Source of the DNA: Azolla caroliniana
Lineage: Eukaryota > Plantae > Polypodiophyta
Direction: 5' to 3'
DNA length: 64,000 nt
Assembly (NCBI GenBank): GCA_043228905.1
Contig: JBHGNT010000006.1
Location: 16,182,001-16,246,000, forward strand
Position numbers and translations under genes: made by a program. Shown here piece after piece: positions 41,551 to 53,939 of the stretch. The notes beneath the pieces are model-generated. The model worked only from the letters and a program-made list of their open reading frames with translations. It did not search any database and was not told where the DNA came from. The stretch's first letter is position 1. Each line of letters begins with the position of its first letter.

Positions 41551-41869
41551 AAAACGCCATAGCTAGTAGCTAAACTAGAGAAAAAACACAAAGCATTACT
41601 TCTGTAAACAGAGAAGAGAAGAGAAGAGAAGAGTCTAACAGAACAGAAAAGAAGGGAAGAGCAAAATAGAGGAGAGGTTGCTATTATGTGCGGCCATTCT
41701 GAGCATGTGTGTGGTGGTGGTGTTGGTGGGGGGGACGATTTCACTTTGTCATGAAGAAGCAGAAGACATGAGGAGGTCACCGTCCTTCATCATGCCTGTG
41801 TCCTAAAGCCCTCACTCATCCTTTCTTCTTCTTCTTCTTCTTCTTCTAAATTTGTTTATCAAAGAGTAC

Positions 41870-42420
41870 ACTCTGATTCTGTTTTGAACTCTGGACTCAG
41901 TCAAATCATCATTCACTTTCAACTGTCTTCAAGCAAGGGAGCAACTATAGGTTTGACCTTCTTGTCCACAGTCTTGTATTTGGTATTAACTTTGACTTCA
42001 TCTGCCGTGACACCTTGCTCGTATTCATCGATGGATGTGTATAAAGCGACAGAGTTGATCGGAATCATTGTGTTGACTTTGCAGTTTCAATTTGATGACT
42101 TTTTCCATTTCCCCAAGAGTATCATCAAATGATATTATCTCCATGGACCTGTTTATTGTCTCTTCCTCTTCCATAATCCCGACTTCTCTAAGTTGTTCTT
42201 ATAGGATTTCTATTTTAATATCTCCTTTGTTAATGCTTCTAAATTTACAAATCCCATTTTCACAAAAGAAGACTTCCTTTTCATTAATGGGGTGACAACT
42301 TTTATTACACTGAATTGGGGACATAGTTAGATGTCCCGAACTATTGTTGTCCCTCTCCCTAAAAGCCCGAATTAAAAATCCTCCCTAGATTCTTTCCCTA
42401 AGCTATGCCTATTTCTTTCA
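41870..42420 (-). mobile_element. Old gypsy remnant related to element D
   Basis: The minus frame reads KVNTKYKTVDKKVKPIVAPL, homologous to TRYKTVDRKVRPVATPL in D. Confidence 0.65.
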
Positions 42421-42468
42421 TAGTTTGGTCGCAAGGTGAGGAATGGAACCAAGCTTGTCCCATCCTGA

Positions 42469-42870
42469 TGTTGTAGGTTTTAGGGTTAGGGTTAGCGATG
42501 ATGGATTGATGATGAACGTATATGGTGATGGAGATATTGTGTGGATGAGAATTGAGAAGTATTATGGGGTGAGGGGGTGGAGCCATTCCACCCCCCTCCC
42601 AAGGGGGTTCAACGTAAGAGAGAGAGAGAGAGAGAGAGAGAGATGTTCCTTTCATGGTTCATTCATTCCCCATAAGGGGTTAAATAGTTACAAGAGGGTA
42701 GATACATAGGGGTGCAAGCCCCCTTGTCCATTCCCACTAATCACTCACTCACACCTCATCGCATTTGTCCACATGCACACACGTATGTATGTGTTCACAT
42801 ACGTATCGACTCATACTTACAATTATACTTGTGCACATTTACTCATACACATTAACCACATTATAGCATT
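42469..42870 (-). repeat. LTR-like fragment
   Basis: TGTTG start. A (GA)n tract and TATA-like sequence in reverse orientation. No partner LTR. Confidence 0.35.
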
Positions 42871-43479
42871 CGACCCTCGCTCATCAGACTCTACTCTCCG
42901 TACATCTCGTACGATAACACATTATGGCATGCTCGTGGGACAGTGCCTTGCATATCGAACCCACGGGTCTCGATCATCCTTCTCTATTCGACCGAAAAAT
43001 TCATCGGCCCTCTCATCGATCGACTTTCTCGATTGGAACGCATGACTCGAACATTTCTTTCGGTCAACGAATCTTCCTCGATACGAACATTTCCGTTCTA
43101 TCGGTTCACAAACTTCGTCATGGGTCCAAAAACTCATTGTGTGTATGTGTATTCTTCCTTTTATTTTGTGATTTGTGAGTCGATCTCGTCTAATTCCTCC
43201 AAGTTGATGAGTTTTTGAAATTATTTATTATACCCTCATGTTTTCTAGAAAGTTTGACAATGCCCTTTGAAATTTTATCATGTACCCATCTAGAATTTTA
43301 AATTCTCTACATGCCCCTGGTTTTATTTTTTCCTCGTTTTCCCTCTCTTTTCAGTTTTATTTTAGGTATTTTTCTTTTTTCTTCTTCTTGCATCTTCTTC
43401 TCTTCTACTTCTTCATGTTTTTGTCAATCTGTCTGTGCTTGCGTCTACTTCTGTCTTCTTCATGGAATCCTCTCCGTCT

Positions 43480-43509
43480 TTCTACTACTTCCTCTCCTTC
43501 TTTTGTTGC

Positions 43510-43559
<50 letters not shown>

Positions 43560-44280
43560 CTTTGCTTCCTCTCTCCTTCTAATCTTCTGTCCGTTTCCGT
43601 TTCCGTTTTTGTCTCCGGCATTCTTTGGTTCCGTCGTCGTTCGTCGCGTCTCTATCTCCGTCATTGGCTGCTGATTTGTCGGTGTCGGTGTCGGTGTCGG
43701 TGTCGCCTCCTCTCGGCCGTCCTTCTCTGTCGTCGCTCTTTGGCTGTTCTCCGGCCATTCCTTGGCCTCCGCCACTCTTCCTTCGCTCACTCCGCCTGTC
43801 CTGTCCTGTCCTGTCCTGTCCTGTCCTGTCGTTTTCCTTGGCCGTTGTTCGGCTATCGTCATCTCTCTGTCTGTCTCGTCCGTCTCCAATCATGGCTGCT
43901 CACTTTTCCTTGGCACTCCCATCCGCCCGTCTCTGTCCCTTTGTTTGATCCGCTCCGCTCCGCTCCTTCCCGGTCTTGGTCTTGGTCTTTGTCTCGCAGT
44001 TTCCGTTTCTTCGTCTCTTCACTCCGGGCCGTTGTCCCGTCCCGTCCCGTCCCACCATCTGATCTGTTCGCCGCTCTGCTCTGTTTGGTTGTCATCCGAT
44101 CACCGTCCTACCGCTGCTCCGGCCATTGCTGTCCGATGGCCGCTCCGGCTGTCTCTCCATCCAGCCGTCAGTTGCCTGGTTGCCGCAGTTGTCGGCCGAC
44201 CGTCTCTATTTGGCATCGCCCACGCAGTTTCTCTCCGACTCCTACCGGCCGGCCGTCCGTTCCGGCCATTGTTCTTGTTT
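43480..44280. repeat. Pyrimidine-rich low-complexity tract with short tandem repeats
   Basis: (CT)n, (GTGTCG)n, (CTGTC)n, (CCGCT)n and (CCCGT)n tracts. Confidence 0.8.
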
Positions 44281-44546
44281 GTAGTCGTTCATCGTTAGGT
44301 CTGGTCACCATTCTGGTGCCGCATCAGCCGGGCTTGCCGAGCCATCTCATTCAAGCGTTGTTTTCTTCTTTCTTTGCAATCAAATCCGCGCCAAATGGAT
44401 ATGGAACATCTTCTTCTTCTTGGAGATACATTATATTCATTGTTGTTGGCACCATCATCTCTTTTCTTTCTCTTCTACTTTCTGATAATATCTGTGCCAA
44501 ACAAACTCAACACATACCAACAAAGAACACTCGATTAGACCTTAAT

Positions 44547-45136
44547 TTGCAGCAAAATCATGCAGCAATCAATCGGCCATTTCTTGCACATATTGTCACT
44601 ACGAATCAATCTTTGACTTCTTCTTCTTGGCCGAATCCAACCTCGAAGCTGTCCGGAGGATGATTGAAAGGCTTGAGGATGGTCAGTTTGGAACGCAACT
44701 TCAGTTCGAGCGATAAGAACAGGAGGCGGCAATAAATATAAGTGATGAGGAGCAAACTGTGATGGTTCGGTAACCCGGAAGGGAACAACCAAGGGAAGCC
44801 GGTGTGGATCAGAACAAGGTGGTCGGGTTGGAGCAACAAGCAAGAACCGAAAATAGTGCGAATGCCGAAATTGATGCAAGAACGGAGATGCCTCCACCGA
44901 AAGAAGCGAGAGAGCAACAACAGGCGTAGCAGGAGCAACAACAGCAAGATGAGCAGCAACAGTGTGAATAACCACTCGAAACCTTGGACCAGAACATATT
45001 GGACATACTCACGAAGATTGACGGGGCTAAATTGTGGGTTCGACGTACAATGTATTGTTCCATGGGTGTGCCATGTGTTGGCCGATGGCTGGAGTATGAA
45101 AGACAAATGGGGGAACGAGTCGAAAACATAAATTAA
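44547..45136 (+). pseudogene. Degenerate Gln/Glu-rich ORF of unknown origin
   Basis: A single frame (…LEAVRRMIERLEDG…EQQQA*QEQQQQDEQQQ…GERVENIN*) with four internal TAA/TAG stops at positions compatible with Gln codons. Confidence 0.4.
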
Positions 45137-45149
45137 GTTATGAATATTA

Positions 45150-46595
45150 GATGTTGCTGCGGCAAGGGGATGACATCTTCACCAAATGGACGTGAAGAAT
45201 GCGTTTCTTCAAGGTGACCTTGAGAAGAACGGGTCTATATAATCCAACCCCTTGGTTTCCAATCAGAGATGAACAAGTCGGCAGTGTGTCGACTCAAGAA
45301 GTCGCTTTACGATCTAAAGCAAGCCCCTCGAGCTTGGAATGTGAAGATCACGCACCGACCGTGGAGTCGATCGTGGATCACCTTCAATGCGCGCATCGAC
45401 TATTGCGATATGTGAGCGACACGAAGGACTGGGGATTGTTATACCAACACGATACAACTGGGAAGCTAGTTGGATATACCGATGTTGACTGGGTTGGTGA
45501 TGCATTGGATCGCCGATCCACCTTCGGTTACATGTTTTCTCTTGGTAGTGCGATTGTTGCATGGAGCAGCAAAAAGTAGCCAACAATGGCTCTGTCAAGC
45601 ACTGAGGTTGAGTGCCAGGGCGCTACCATTGCCACCTGTGAAGCCATCTGGCTTCGGCGACTGTTGCGGGACCTCTGGATCGAGGTGCCGACCTGATCCT
45701 GATCTACTGCGACAACGTAAGCAACATACAACTCGCCAAGAACCTTGTATTCCATGCTCGGACAAAGCACATAGAGGTGCATTATCACTTTGTCCGTGAG
45801 CGGGTCTTGAGTGGTGAAGTTGAATTCCGGTATGTTCACACGGATCGGCAGGTTGCCAACATCTTGACCAAGCCGCTCGGATTGGACAAGTTGCAACATT
45901 TTTTGGAGATGGTCGGCACTCAACATCTTGATATGCCGCACTTGAGGGGGAGAACAGGAGAGGAAGAAAGAACTAAGGGGGGAGATGAACAGATAAAGGA
46001 AGCCGAGCCAACTGAAGGAGTCAGCACAATCGAACAAGTCGGAGCAAGCGGCAATGGTGGGACAGTTAAGAAGGACAAAGCTGACCGAAAGAAGGCCAAG
46101 ACCCGGATGTGGTCCGATGTGGTGAAGGGCCTAAAAACGGAAGAAGAGTTGGAGGCTACCAACTCGGACAAGAGTTGGAACGAATAAGAGGAAGCTGATT
46201 CGGTTCAACTGTTGGATTCGGAAGAGCCAGATCAACTAAAGGCCAAGTGGACGAGAAGGCTACGGAAGTCGACACCGACATAGAGGAACCGATGGGTCGA
46301 CAAGCACCAGAGTCATATCAGCGAAGGAGCTGAGATGGGCATGTTGAGCAGACAAGCCGACCAAGGAGGTCGAGGTGCGCAGAACCAGACGGATTGTGGG
46401 AAGCAGAACCAGACCAGACGAGGAGTGCGAGCAAGGCGGGATGACGTTAGAAGGAACCGAAGGAAAGGACTGGCTACTATAGACACTGACACCACGATAT
46501 GACCTCAAGTTGAGCTTGAGGGGCAGTGTTGAGAGAGCAAGCTCAACCGTATCCGGATCGATTGAACAAGCTAGAGAACACATTCGCATTCACAG
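45150..46595 (+). mobile_element. Ty1/copia 3' fragment (deleted RT, RNase H, charged 3' extension, PPT, start of LTR)
   Basis: Motifs HQMDVKNAFLQG, AWSSKK and HYHFVRERVLSGEV. PPT and TGTTGAGAG LTR start at about 46526. Same family as element F. Confidence 0.85.
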
Positions 46596-47306
46596 TGTTG
46601 CGGAAATCCAAGCGTGCGTGTCGGATAGGACGGGACCACGGGGGTCTTGGACTAGGGAGTAAGAGGAGGGAGAGAAGCTTGAGAGTTCAACTGAGAAGGA
46701 AGAGAAAGATTAAGATGCGAGAGATTAAGATTCAAGAGAATAAGATCTAAACAAGACAAGATACATTATGGAAAACACCACACCAATTACAATCGTGGCC
46801 GTGTAGGCCAAATGTAAACCCTCTAGATGAAGTCCTAACCGGATAGGGGAAAGAAGAAGAAGAAGAAGACGAATGAAACCTCTAAAACGAGATCCTAAAA
46901 CCCAAAATTCCGAAACCCTAATGGCAACCCAAAGAAACCCAAAGTTGGAAGCCCCTCAAAAGTGACCCCTCACTCCTTTTTATAGTAATAAGGGGTGATG
47001 CACATTACAAAAAGGAGTGGTCAAATCCCCTTTCTTTCAAAGGAGAGTATTTGACCTCGATCTTAGGAGGTGAGATTGATGGGTCTTAACTCCCTCTCCT
47101 CTCACTGATATACTCAATGCCCACTACTTCCTACACCCATACTTCATGTGCCTCCCTCTAGTCTACAAAGTGCACACCACCTTTATACATTTACATCTTA
47201 CTTTTCCTCCTTACATTTGTCTATTATTCCTAAGTTACAATTTTCCTAAGTTCACGTGCAATGTTGCACATCTTGTTTTATTCCTCCCGCTCGGGTTTTC
47301 TCACCA
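46596..47306 (-). repeat. LTR related to the element-D LTR family
   Basis: Shares the GGGACCACGGGGG motif near one end and GGTTTTCT(T)CAC at the other. No TSD seen. Confidence 0.55.
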
Positions 47307-48100
47307 TGGTCGAAAATCCTCACGATATCCCCACCAAACCGCACATCCACTGGTATGTGCCAAGAAAGGAGAAGAGGTGAGATTCTCGGCAATGGTGATC
47401 AACCGGGTTCCGCCGTGTCCTCGTTGGCTTTGATCGACTTCGTCCTCCATTTCGAGCATGCCCGTCCCTTCCATACGAACCACCGTAGCCTCTCGAGCCG
47501 CCGTGTCCGTCGCACGTCCTAGAACCGTTGGCTCCATCCGATCCGCCATATCCGACACTCGCACCTTCTTCCCCAATCGGTCCTCCTGAACAACGGTGCC
47601 GATCCGGTCACTCTTCCTTTGTCCACCGCGTATGTCCTCTGGATGCGCTCCCGGTTACTCCGATCGCACGACGGATTCCGCTCCTCGCGTACTGCGCATG
47701 TTCCTCCTTCGGCTCGAAGGCCTCCTCGTCCCAAGCACCTCGGCATGCATCCTCTCTCTGTTCCGAGCTTGCCTCCCGTAGGCTCTACCCATGTGTCATT
47801 GTTGTCCTCCGAATACGCACTCGTTCTTAGGTCCTTATGTGACCACATTACACGCCCCTTGTTTCTCCCTTGCTCGTGGTGCTCCCTCGCGGTAGAGCTT
47901 ACCTACATCCTAACATCTGTGTCAGTGTCCCCCGCTTCGGCGTCCTTTGCGGCTCTCATTACCGCTTTGTCTCGACCCACGCCCTCTTGGCCCGCTTGGC
48001 ATTGCACGTCCTCCGGGATGCCACGTTTTCTCTTCATGGTGCGTAGCCCTTTGTCCTCCACGCTCCGGTCTCACGTGGCTGACCGCCAAAGTCTCTAGAA

Positions 48101-51100
48101 TGTTGGGATTACGGTCCCTCCGGATGGGATGGTCGGATGTCCGGGAATCGGGAACGAAGACCCGGTTCCGGAGCCGGATGATGAAGACCCGGTTCCGGAT
48201 CCGGATGATGAAGACCCCGGCTACGGAGCCGGATGATGAAGACCCCGGCTACGGAGCCGGATGACGAATGTACCCGGAGAGAGATCCGGATGCGGGGACA
48301 TATTTGTGAATATGTTTGCCAAGGCCCCTTGAGGCTATATTTGTAAATAGCCCGAAAGTCATATGTGTATAAATATGACTTAGGGCAAACAGTTTTGTGG
48401 TTGTTGCTCATTTTTCTGTTTTCCATTTAGAGGGAGCGAAGTGAGAGTAGCCGAGAGTGAAAGAGAGAGAAAGGAAGAGGTCGACGCCTCTGTGTAATAC
48501 CGCCACCTGTGGCGAGGACAGCGAGCTCAAGGTCGTCGCCTTGCAGCTCGCCATTGTACATTCCCTGCGTATAGTGATAGTTGGAGTCTTGCACTCCCGT
48601 GGTTTTTCCCGTCTAGGGTTTTCCACGCTAAACCCTGTGCATTCGAGTCTCTCTCTGTGTTTTCGATTTACTGTTGCATTGATTCGTGTTTCCTCGGTTG
48701 TGGCCGAGAGGTGAAGGTTTTGGAAAGCGCCAATTTCCAACAATCTGGTATCAGAGCGACTGCAGTGCAGAAAATGGAAGGCGGCAGCAACGGGCAGCCG
48801 GGGATGATGGTGCTGAATGCGTAGAACTACGCCGACTGGAAGATAAAGATGGAGGATCTGCTCATTGTTCGGGACCTGTATGAACCGATCGACAGGTCGG
48901 AAATACCCAAGGGGGTACTTGAGACGGAATGGAGGCTTCTGAACCGGAAAGCCCTTGCAACCATTCGGCAATACGTCGACGTGAGCGTTTTACAACATGT
49001 GGCGAACGACACCAACACATATGAGATGTGGCAGAAGCTGTCGGGCCTCTACGAGAGGAAGAATGCGTTGAACCGGACCTCCCTGATGAGGAAGATAGTG
49101 AACCTCAAGTACCGGGACGGCGAGAGTATGGTGGAACACGTAAGCACGTTCATGGGATTCGTGAACCAGCTTGCGGCGATCAAGTTCCCGTTGGAGGATG
49201 CAATGCAAGCCATCATGCTGATGTGTACATTGCCGGAAAGCTGGGAGAACTTGGTGGTGACTCTCAGCACCTCCTGCACCGAAGATAACTTGTCCCTACA
49301 AACGGTAAAGACAAGCATTTTGAACGAAGAAGCGCGTCGGAGAGATAAAGAACCGGCCTCCGATCCGAAGATGCTGCTAACCGAATCGGATCGGGGAAGA
49401 CAACGGAACCGGAGTCCGCAAAGACGGGCGAAGTCGGGGACCCGGTCGCAGTCAAGAGGAAGGCCCACATGCTTCCACTGTGGGAAGCCGGGGCACTTCC
49501 GAAAGAATTGTCGGCATTACCGAAAGGACAACGGAGCTGACGACACCGATTCGAAGAAGTCTTCGGAACGGAACGGTGCTTACCGGGGAGCCACGGACCG
49601 GAACGGTTCGGATCGGCGAGGGCAGGACCGGAAAGGAACGACGGCACTCGCGGCAAGTGAAGAGGAGATCATGCTCATCACCGAAGAAGGTGAACTAAAC
49701 ATTGCCGGCGATGAGACTACCTGGGTGGTCGATTCCGGAGCGTCGTTCCACCTGACCCCGGAAAGAAGATACTTCTCATCCTACGCAGCCGGTGAGCATG
49801 GCTGTGTTCGGATGGGAAATGAAGGTACGTGCCGGATTGCCGGCATAGGAGACGTGTGGTTGACAACCTCGACCGGATGCAAAATGTTGCTGAAGGATGT
49901 CCGACACGTTCCGGAGGTTCGATTGAATCTGATTTCGGCCGGGAGGCTAGACGATGAAGGCTACACAGGTAGCATCCGGAACTGCGTAATGAAGTTCAGT
50001 AAGGGGAGCCTGATAGTGGCTCGGGCCCGGAAAGTCAACACACTGTACCTTATGAATGCCTGGTTGTGTCCGGAGGAGTTGAACGTGGCAGCCGACACTG
50101 CCGGTGAGCTGTGGCACAAGAGACTGTGCCACATGAGTGAGAAGGGGATGAAGAGGCTTGCAGAAGACAACCTTATTCCAGTGAAGCATGTGCACCTGGA
50201 GAAGTGCACCGATTGCCTGGCCGGTAAGCAGAACCGAACCTCCTTCCACTCAAGGCCACCGACGAGACGTAGCGCACCCTTGGAGTTGGTGCACACTGAC
50301 GTGTGTCAAGTAGAAACGAAGTCACATGGCGGAGCTCAGTACTTCGTGACATTCATTGATGACCACAACCGGAAGCTGTGGACGGCACCGTTGAAGACAA
50401 AGGACCAAGTGTTGTGCGTCTTCAAAGAACTCCACGCGAGAGTGGAAAGGGAATCCGGCAAGAAGCTGAGAGCGATACGAGCGGATAACGGAGGGGAATA
50501 CCGGGGGCAGTTCGAGGAGTACTGTCGCTCGAAGGGAATCCGGCTCGAGTTTACTGTGCCGAAGACGCCGAAACTGAACGGGCTGGCCGAGAGGATGAAC
50601 CGGACCATAATGGAGAGGGTCCGGAGTATGCTGGCGCATGCGAAATTACCCAAGGGGTTTTGGGCTGAGGCAATGTCGACGGCGACATACGTGATAAACA
50701 GATCACCCTCAGTACCTTTGGACGGAGACACGCCGCAGAGAGTGTGGACCGGTAGGGAAGTATCCTACCGGCATCTGAAGGTGTTCGGGTGTCTCGCATA
50801 TGTGCATGTGGCAAAGGACCGGAGAGGAAAGCTAGATCCAAAGACCCGGCCATGCATATTCCTCGGTTACGGCGATGACGTGTTCCGCTACCGAGTATGG
50901 GACCCGGTCGACAAAAAGATATTCCGGAGTCGTGATATCATCTTCATGGAGGACAAGACACTCGCCGACTGGGAGTCGGAGAAGAAGATGAAGAGCTCCA
51001 AGTCGACCGATGAGGATCAACTCTACGAGGAGCAGTCCCGACCGGCAAGGGACCGGTTAGCACTCGAGGATCCGGCCGAAGACGGTGAAGAAACAGAACC

Positions 51101-53472
51101 GGCCGAGGAAGATGAAACTGATACCGGAACCGGCCCCGATCCCGGAATGGATTCGGATGAAGAGGAAACGGAGGAGCCGGTTACCGAAGCTCCGGAACGG
51201 AGATATCCTCTAAGAGAGAGAAGGGCCCCCCGGAGATTTCCGGAACCAGAGCACGTGCTGCTAACCGACGAGGGGGAGCCGGAGAGTTTTGAAGAAGCAA
51301 AGCTTGACACCCATAGCCGCAGGTGGTTAAGTGCCATGCAGGAGGAGATGGATTCCCTGCATGAGAACCACACATATGAACTTGTGGAGTTGCCGAAAGG
51401 AAAGCGGGCACTTCGAAACAAGTGGGTGTTCAAGCTGAAACCGGGAGATGCCGGAAACCCCCCGAGATACAAAGCCAGGATCGTGGTGAAGGGGTTCCAG
51501 CAGAAGAAGGGCGTCGACTTCGACGAGATATTTGCCCCGGTAGTGAAGATGACCTCCATCCGGACGGTGCTGAGCATAGCGGCAAGCATGGACCTCGAGG
51601 TAGAACAGATGGACGTGAAGACGGCATTCCTTCACGGTGACCTCGAAGAAGAGATCTACATGCAGCAACCGGAAGGATTCGAGAAGAAAGGGAAGGAGCA
51701 CCTAGTATGCCGGTTGAAGAAGAGCCTTTACGGACTGAAGCAGGCTCCCCGGCAATGGTACCGGAAGTTCGACTCTTTCATGACCGACGAAGGGTACCAC
51801 AAAACGCAATCCGATCACTGCGTGTTTGTGAAGAAGTTCGAAGGAGGAGACTTTCTAATACTCCTCCTGTACGTGGACGACATGTTGATCGTCGGAGGGG
51901 ACCAGGTCAAGATACGGATGTTGAAGAAAGCGCTTCACCGAACCTTCTCAATGAAGGACCTGGGTCCGGCGAGGCAAATACTAGGGATGCACATCATCCG
52001 GGACCGGAAGAAGAAGCAGTTGTGGCTGTCACAGGAGAAGTACGTGACAAAGGTGCTTCACCGGTTCAACATGTCGGAAGCAAGACCGGTCGGGTCAACC
52101 CTCCCGGCAAACTGCAAGTTGTCCAGCAAGCAAAGCCCCAAGACAAAGGCTGAGAAGGAGGACATGATGAAAGTACCATATGCCTCTACCGTCGGAAGCT
52201 TGATGTACGCAATGGTGTGTACAAGACCGGACATAGGATATGCAGTCGGAGTGGTGAGCCGGTACATGAGCAATCCCGGCAAAGAACACTGGAACGCGGC
52301 CAAGTGGATACTCCGATACCTGAAGGGCACGGCAAACGTGTGCCTCCGATTCGGCTCCGGTAAGCCCGAACTCGACGGCTTTACCGATTCGGATATGTCG
52401 GCTGATGCAGATACCAGCCGGTCCACATCAGGGTATGTGATGACGTATGCAGGGGGAGCTGTTTCGTGGCAGTCGAGGCTGCAGAAGACGGTTGCATTGT
52501 CAACCACGGAGGCGGAGTACATGGCGGCTGTTGAAGCCGGCAAGAAAATGATATGGATGAAGGACTTCATTAGAGAGCTCGGTATCCGGCAGGAGGAGTA
52601 CCGACTCTACTGCGACAGTCAGAGTGCCATCCACCTTGCGAAGAACGCGGCCTATCACTCCCGGACGAAGCACATCCAGCGAAGATATCACTGGATCCGG
52701 GAAAGGATAGAAGACCAGGAGTTCGTGCTGACGAAGATCCACACTGACGAGAACGGGTCAGATATGCTGACCAAAGTGCTCACACCCGACAAGCTGGAAG
52801 CGTGCCGGAAGAGGGTCGGACTGGAAAGACATCCCATGCCGAAGTGAAGGGGGAGTTTGTTGGGATTACGGTCCCTCCGGATGGGATGGTCGGATGTCCG
52901 GGAATCGGGAATGAAGACCCGGTTCCGGATCCGGATGATGAAGACCCCGGCTACGGAGCCGGATGATGAAGACCCCGACTACGGAGCCGGATGACGAATG
53001 TACCCGGAGAGAGATCCGGATGCGGGGACATATTTGTGAATATGTTTGCCAAGGCCCCTTGAGGCTATATTTGTAAATAGCCCGAAAGTCATATGTGTAT
53101 AAATATGACTTAGGGCAAACAGTTTTGTGGTTGTTGCTCATTTTTCTGTTTTCCATTTAGAGGGAGCGAAGTGAGAGCAGTCGAGAGTGAAAGAGAGAGA
53201 AAGGAAGAGGTCGACGCCTCTGTGTAATACCGCCGCCTGTGGCGAGGACAACGAGCTCAAGGTCGTCGCCTTGCAGCTCGCCATTGTACATTCCCTGCGT
53301 ATAGTGATAGTTGGAGTCTTGCACTCCCGTGGTTTTTCCCGTCTAGGGTTTTCCACGCTAAACCCTGTGCATTCGAGTCTCTCTCTGTGTTTTCGATTTA
53401 CTGCTGCATTGATTCGTGTTTCCTCGGTTGTGGCCGAGAGGTGAAGGTTTTGGAAAGCGCCAATTTCCAACA
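48101..53472 (+). mobile_element. Full-length Ty1/copia LTR retrotransposon (element B), sister of A
   Basis: LTRs at 48101-48742 (642 bp) and 52858-53472 (615 bp). TSD TAGAA on both sides. PBS at 48746-48757. PPT present. Confidence 0.98.
48774..52847 (+). CDS. Copia gag-pol polyprotein of element B; one stop at codon 17, then 1332 open codons from Met at 48849
   Basis: TAG at 48822 (CAG in A). All downstream domains (gag, CCHC, PR, INT, RT, RH) are uninterrupted. Confidence 0.9.
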
Positions 53473-53939
53473 TAGAACTGATGTGGGCAAGGTCCCAACA
53501 CCATCGCTCGTTGATGTCATGTCCATAGCCACCTCCACCCAGACATCGTTGTCTGTGGCTACCTCGTCTCAATTACGCTTGCCTCCTCCTCACTCGATGT
53601 TTCGAGAAACCGTGTCCCGAAACTTCCGCCCACTCTCGAAGTGGCGCTCATTGTCCCATCGTCCTTGGCCTTATCCATGGCCGTCTCTTCACCGCAAGAC
53701 GAGAGGTTCGCTCGCTCCGCACTCTCTCCCATGTCACCGTTGTATGCTCTTTCGACCTCCACATAGGCCCCATCCTCCGTGTGTAGGGAGGCGTCTTCCT
53801 CCGCATCCTTCGATCCTCTCAGACCTGACTCCTTAATAAACTCCTCTTTGGCTTCGATCTTTGACTTCACGATCTCGTACGCCTCCCGTATCAATGCTTC
53901 TAGGTCGAACTCCTCCGAACCATTACGCGTTGAGCTCTC

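Noticed and set aside
42478-42495. Telomere-like TTTAGGGTTAGGGTTAG
   Set aside because: Only about 2.5 units inside an LTR-like fragment; too short to call an interstitial telomere.
43311-44663. 450-aa ORF
   Set aside because: The frame is open because of A-poor microsatellite and low-complexity sequence (SLSLSL, CRCRCR). It has no protein-like motifs.
48130-48270. 28-bp repeats resembling a CRISPR array
   Set aside because: Head-to-tail tandem units with no unique spacers, inside a eukaryotic LTR.
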